The notes beneath the pieces are model-generated. The model saw only the letters and a program-made list of their open reading frames with translations, ran no database searches and was not told where the DNA came from. This document shows positions 62,278 through 64,000 of a DNA stretch of 64,000 bases, in pieces. The stretch's first letter is position 1. Every line of letters starts with the position of its first letter. The stretch is taken from the NCBI GenBank assembly GCA_025059875.1, contig JANXCT010000003.1, positions 4,176 to 68,175 of the forward strand, written 5' to 3'. The DNA comes from Candidatus Kapaibacterium sp. GTDB lineage: Bacteria; Bacteroidota; Ignavibacteria; Kapaibacteriales; HRBIN21. The translations under genes were made by a program, and so were the position numbers.

Positions 62278-63419
62278 GCGAACTCATCAAGCTACCTGTT
62301 GCTGCAGAAACCTCTGCGGCTATCACCGAGCAGCCCTATGCGACTCGACCATACCGGCGCCGCCGGACCCGGCGCGTCTGGGTAGGGAATGTTCCCGTCG
62401 GAGGGAATGCTCCGATCTCGGTGCAGACGATGACCAAAACCAAGACCGCCGACGTAGAAGCTACGGTAGCCCAAATCCTGCGTTGCAAAGAAGCCGGTGC
62501 CGACATCGTGCGTGTCACCGTCAACGATTGGGAAGCCGCCGAAGCCATCCGGGAGATTGTTCGCCGTGTGGACATCCCCATCGTCGCTGATATCCACTTC
62601 AACCACGTCTTTGCCCTCAAGGCCATAGAGGCCGGAGTTGCCAAGGTGCGCATCAATCCTGGGAACATCGGCTCTCGAGAGCGCATCCGCCAAGTCCTCA
62701 CGGCTGCCAAAGAGCGGGGCATCCCCATTCGGATCGGCGTCAACTCGGGCTCGCTGGAGAAGGATATCCTGGAGAAGTACGGCTACCCTACCCCTGAGGC
62801 ACTGGTGGAGAGCGCTCTCCGGCATGTGGAGATCGCCCAGGACTTCGGCTTCGATGACATCGTCATCTCTGTGAAGTCCACCGACGTGCGGCTGATGATC
62901 GAAGCTTACCGCCTTCTGGCAGACCAGGTTGATTTCCCGCTCCACTTGGGCGTGACCGAAGCAGGACTGCCCGGTCCAGGGATCATCAAGTCAGCCGTCG
63001 GAATTGGCACCCTGCTGGCCGAAGGAATTGGAGACACCATCCGCGTGTCCCTCACGGACGAGCCGGAACGGGAGGTCGAAGTCGGCAAGGAAATCCTCCG
63101 CTCGCTCGGCTTGGCGCAGCGTAGCGTGGAGATCATCGCCTGCCCGACCTGCGGACGAATTGAGGTGGACCTGTTCCGCATCTCCCGAGAGCTAGAGGAG
63201 GCCGTGCGGCGCTCGGGAATCCGCAAGCCCGTCAAGATTGCCCTCCTGGGCTGTGCCGTCAACGGTCCTGGGGAGGCCAGTGAGGCGGACATTGGCATTG
63301 CGGCAGGCCGTGGCGTGGCGATCCTATACAGAAAGGGCGAAGTCGTCCGCCGTGTGCGAGAGGAAGAGATCGTCTCGGCCATCTTGGAAGAGCTAGAGCG
63401 GTTCCAGCCCGAGGAGTAG
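62274..63419 (+). CDS. ispG: HMBPP synthase IspG
   Basis: ADIHF, RINPGNIG, RIGVNSGS, HLGVTEAG, GDTIRVSL, CPTCGR, GCAVNGPGE. Confidence 0.98.
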   Translation: MSELIKLPVAAETSAAITEQPYATRPYRRRRTRRVWVGNVPVGGNAPISVQTMTKTKTADVEATVAQILRCKEAGADIVRVTVNDWEAAEAIREIVRRVDIPIVADIHFNHVFALKAIEAGVAKVRINPGNIGSRERIRQVLTAAKERGIPIRIGVNSGSLEKDILEKYGYPTPEALVESALRHVEIAQDFGFDDIVISVKSTDVRLMIEAYRLLADQVDFPLHLGVTEAGLPGPGIIKSAVGIGTLLAEGIGDTIRVSLTDEPEREVEVGKEILRSLGLAQRSVEIIACPTCGRIEVDLFRISRELEEAVRRSGIRKPVKIALLGCAVNGPGEASEADIGIAAGRGVAILYRKGEVVRRVREEEIVSAILEELERFQPEE

Positions 63420-63427
63420 CCTGCCCG

Positions 63428-64000
63428 ATGGAACTGAGCCTTGAGGGGAGGCGGGCGCTCGTCTGCGGCAGCACACAAGGAATTGGAAAAGCCATCGCTG
63501 AAGCCTTCGCACGCGCCGGCGCCTCCGTGACACTGCTGGCACGCTCCCCAGAACGCCTGGAGGCCGTCCGAGCAGCTCTCCCTACCCCTGCCGGACAGCG
63601 CCACCATGCCATCGCTGCCGACTTCAGCTACCCCGAAGAGCTAGATCGAGTCGTGCGCGAACACCTGGACCAATCGGGCCTTGTCTACCACATCCTGGTG
63701 CACAACACCGGTGGGCCTCCACCAGGGAAGCTCATAGAGGCACCGCTGACCGCCTTTGAGGCCGCTTTCCGCCAGCACCTCTGGACAGCCCATCTTCTCA
63801 TGCAAGCCCTGCTGCCGGACATGCGGGCCGAAGGATACGGTCGGATCCTGCTCGTGCTCTCCACCTCAGTGCGTCAGCCGATTGAAGGGCTGGGAGTCTC
63901 CAACACTGTCCGCGCTGCATTAGCAAGCTGGATGAAGACTCTGTCGGCCGAGGTAGCTCCCTGGGGGATTACCGTCAACGCCATCCTGCCCGGAAGTATT
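63428..64000 (+). CDS. SDR family oxidoreductase, partial; runs off the window end
   Basis: Manual translation MELSLEGRRALVCGSTQGIGKAIA...ILVHNTGGPPPG...SNTVR...GITVNAILPG. Confidence 0.9.
   Translation, partial: MELSLEGRRALVCGSTQGIGKAIAEAFARAGASVTLLARSPERLEAVRAALPTPAGQRHHAIAADFSYPEELDRVVREHLDQSGLVYHILVHNTGGPPPGKLIEAPLTAFEAAFRQHLWTAHLLMQALLPDMRAEGYGRILLVLSTSVRQPIEGLGVSNTVRAALASWMKTLSAEVAPWGITVNAILPGSI

Overview
A gene-dense, GC-rich bacterial chromosome window, mostly housekeeping genes: rseP (partial), dxr, RNase E/G, panC, pepF, asnS, rpmE, rpsR, ribH, guaA, recJ, a Yej/Opp-like peptide ABC transporter, pgsA, tpiA, lptC, kdsA, comEC, groESL with a perfect CIRCE, atpDC, sdhB, phnDCE-like genes, sucC, gap, pgk and ispG. 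Four proteins end in T9SS-type C-terminal sorting domains, a Bacteroidota-type TAnnTTTG promoter element precedes most transcription units, and atpDC stands apart from the other atp genes. These point to the Bacteroidota/Chlorobi group, plausibly Candidatus Kapabacteria (inference). The accessory stretch at about 30.4-44.5 kb holds the most interesting signals. (1) A Type IIG-like restriction-modification gene broken by an in-frame TAG and a frameshift. (2) A Cys-rich leader ORF whose downstream spacer can pair with the SD of a TonB-dependent receptor, a candidate metal-responsive translational switch. (3) A tight operon of a flavin split-barrel/MenA fusion, a CPBP protease and a quinone-reductase-like MDR enzyme. 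(4) A structured leader of about 320 nt before a Cys-rich T9SS protein, which shares a 20-nt RBS-overlapping motif with the receptor. I recognised no rRNA, tRNA, CRISPR array, transposase or integrase. All calls are by eye with no database searches.
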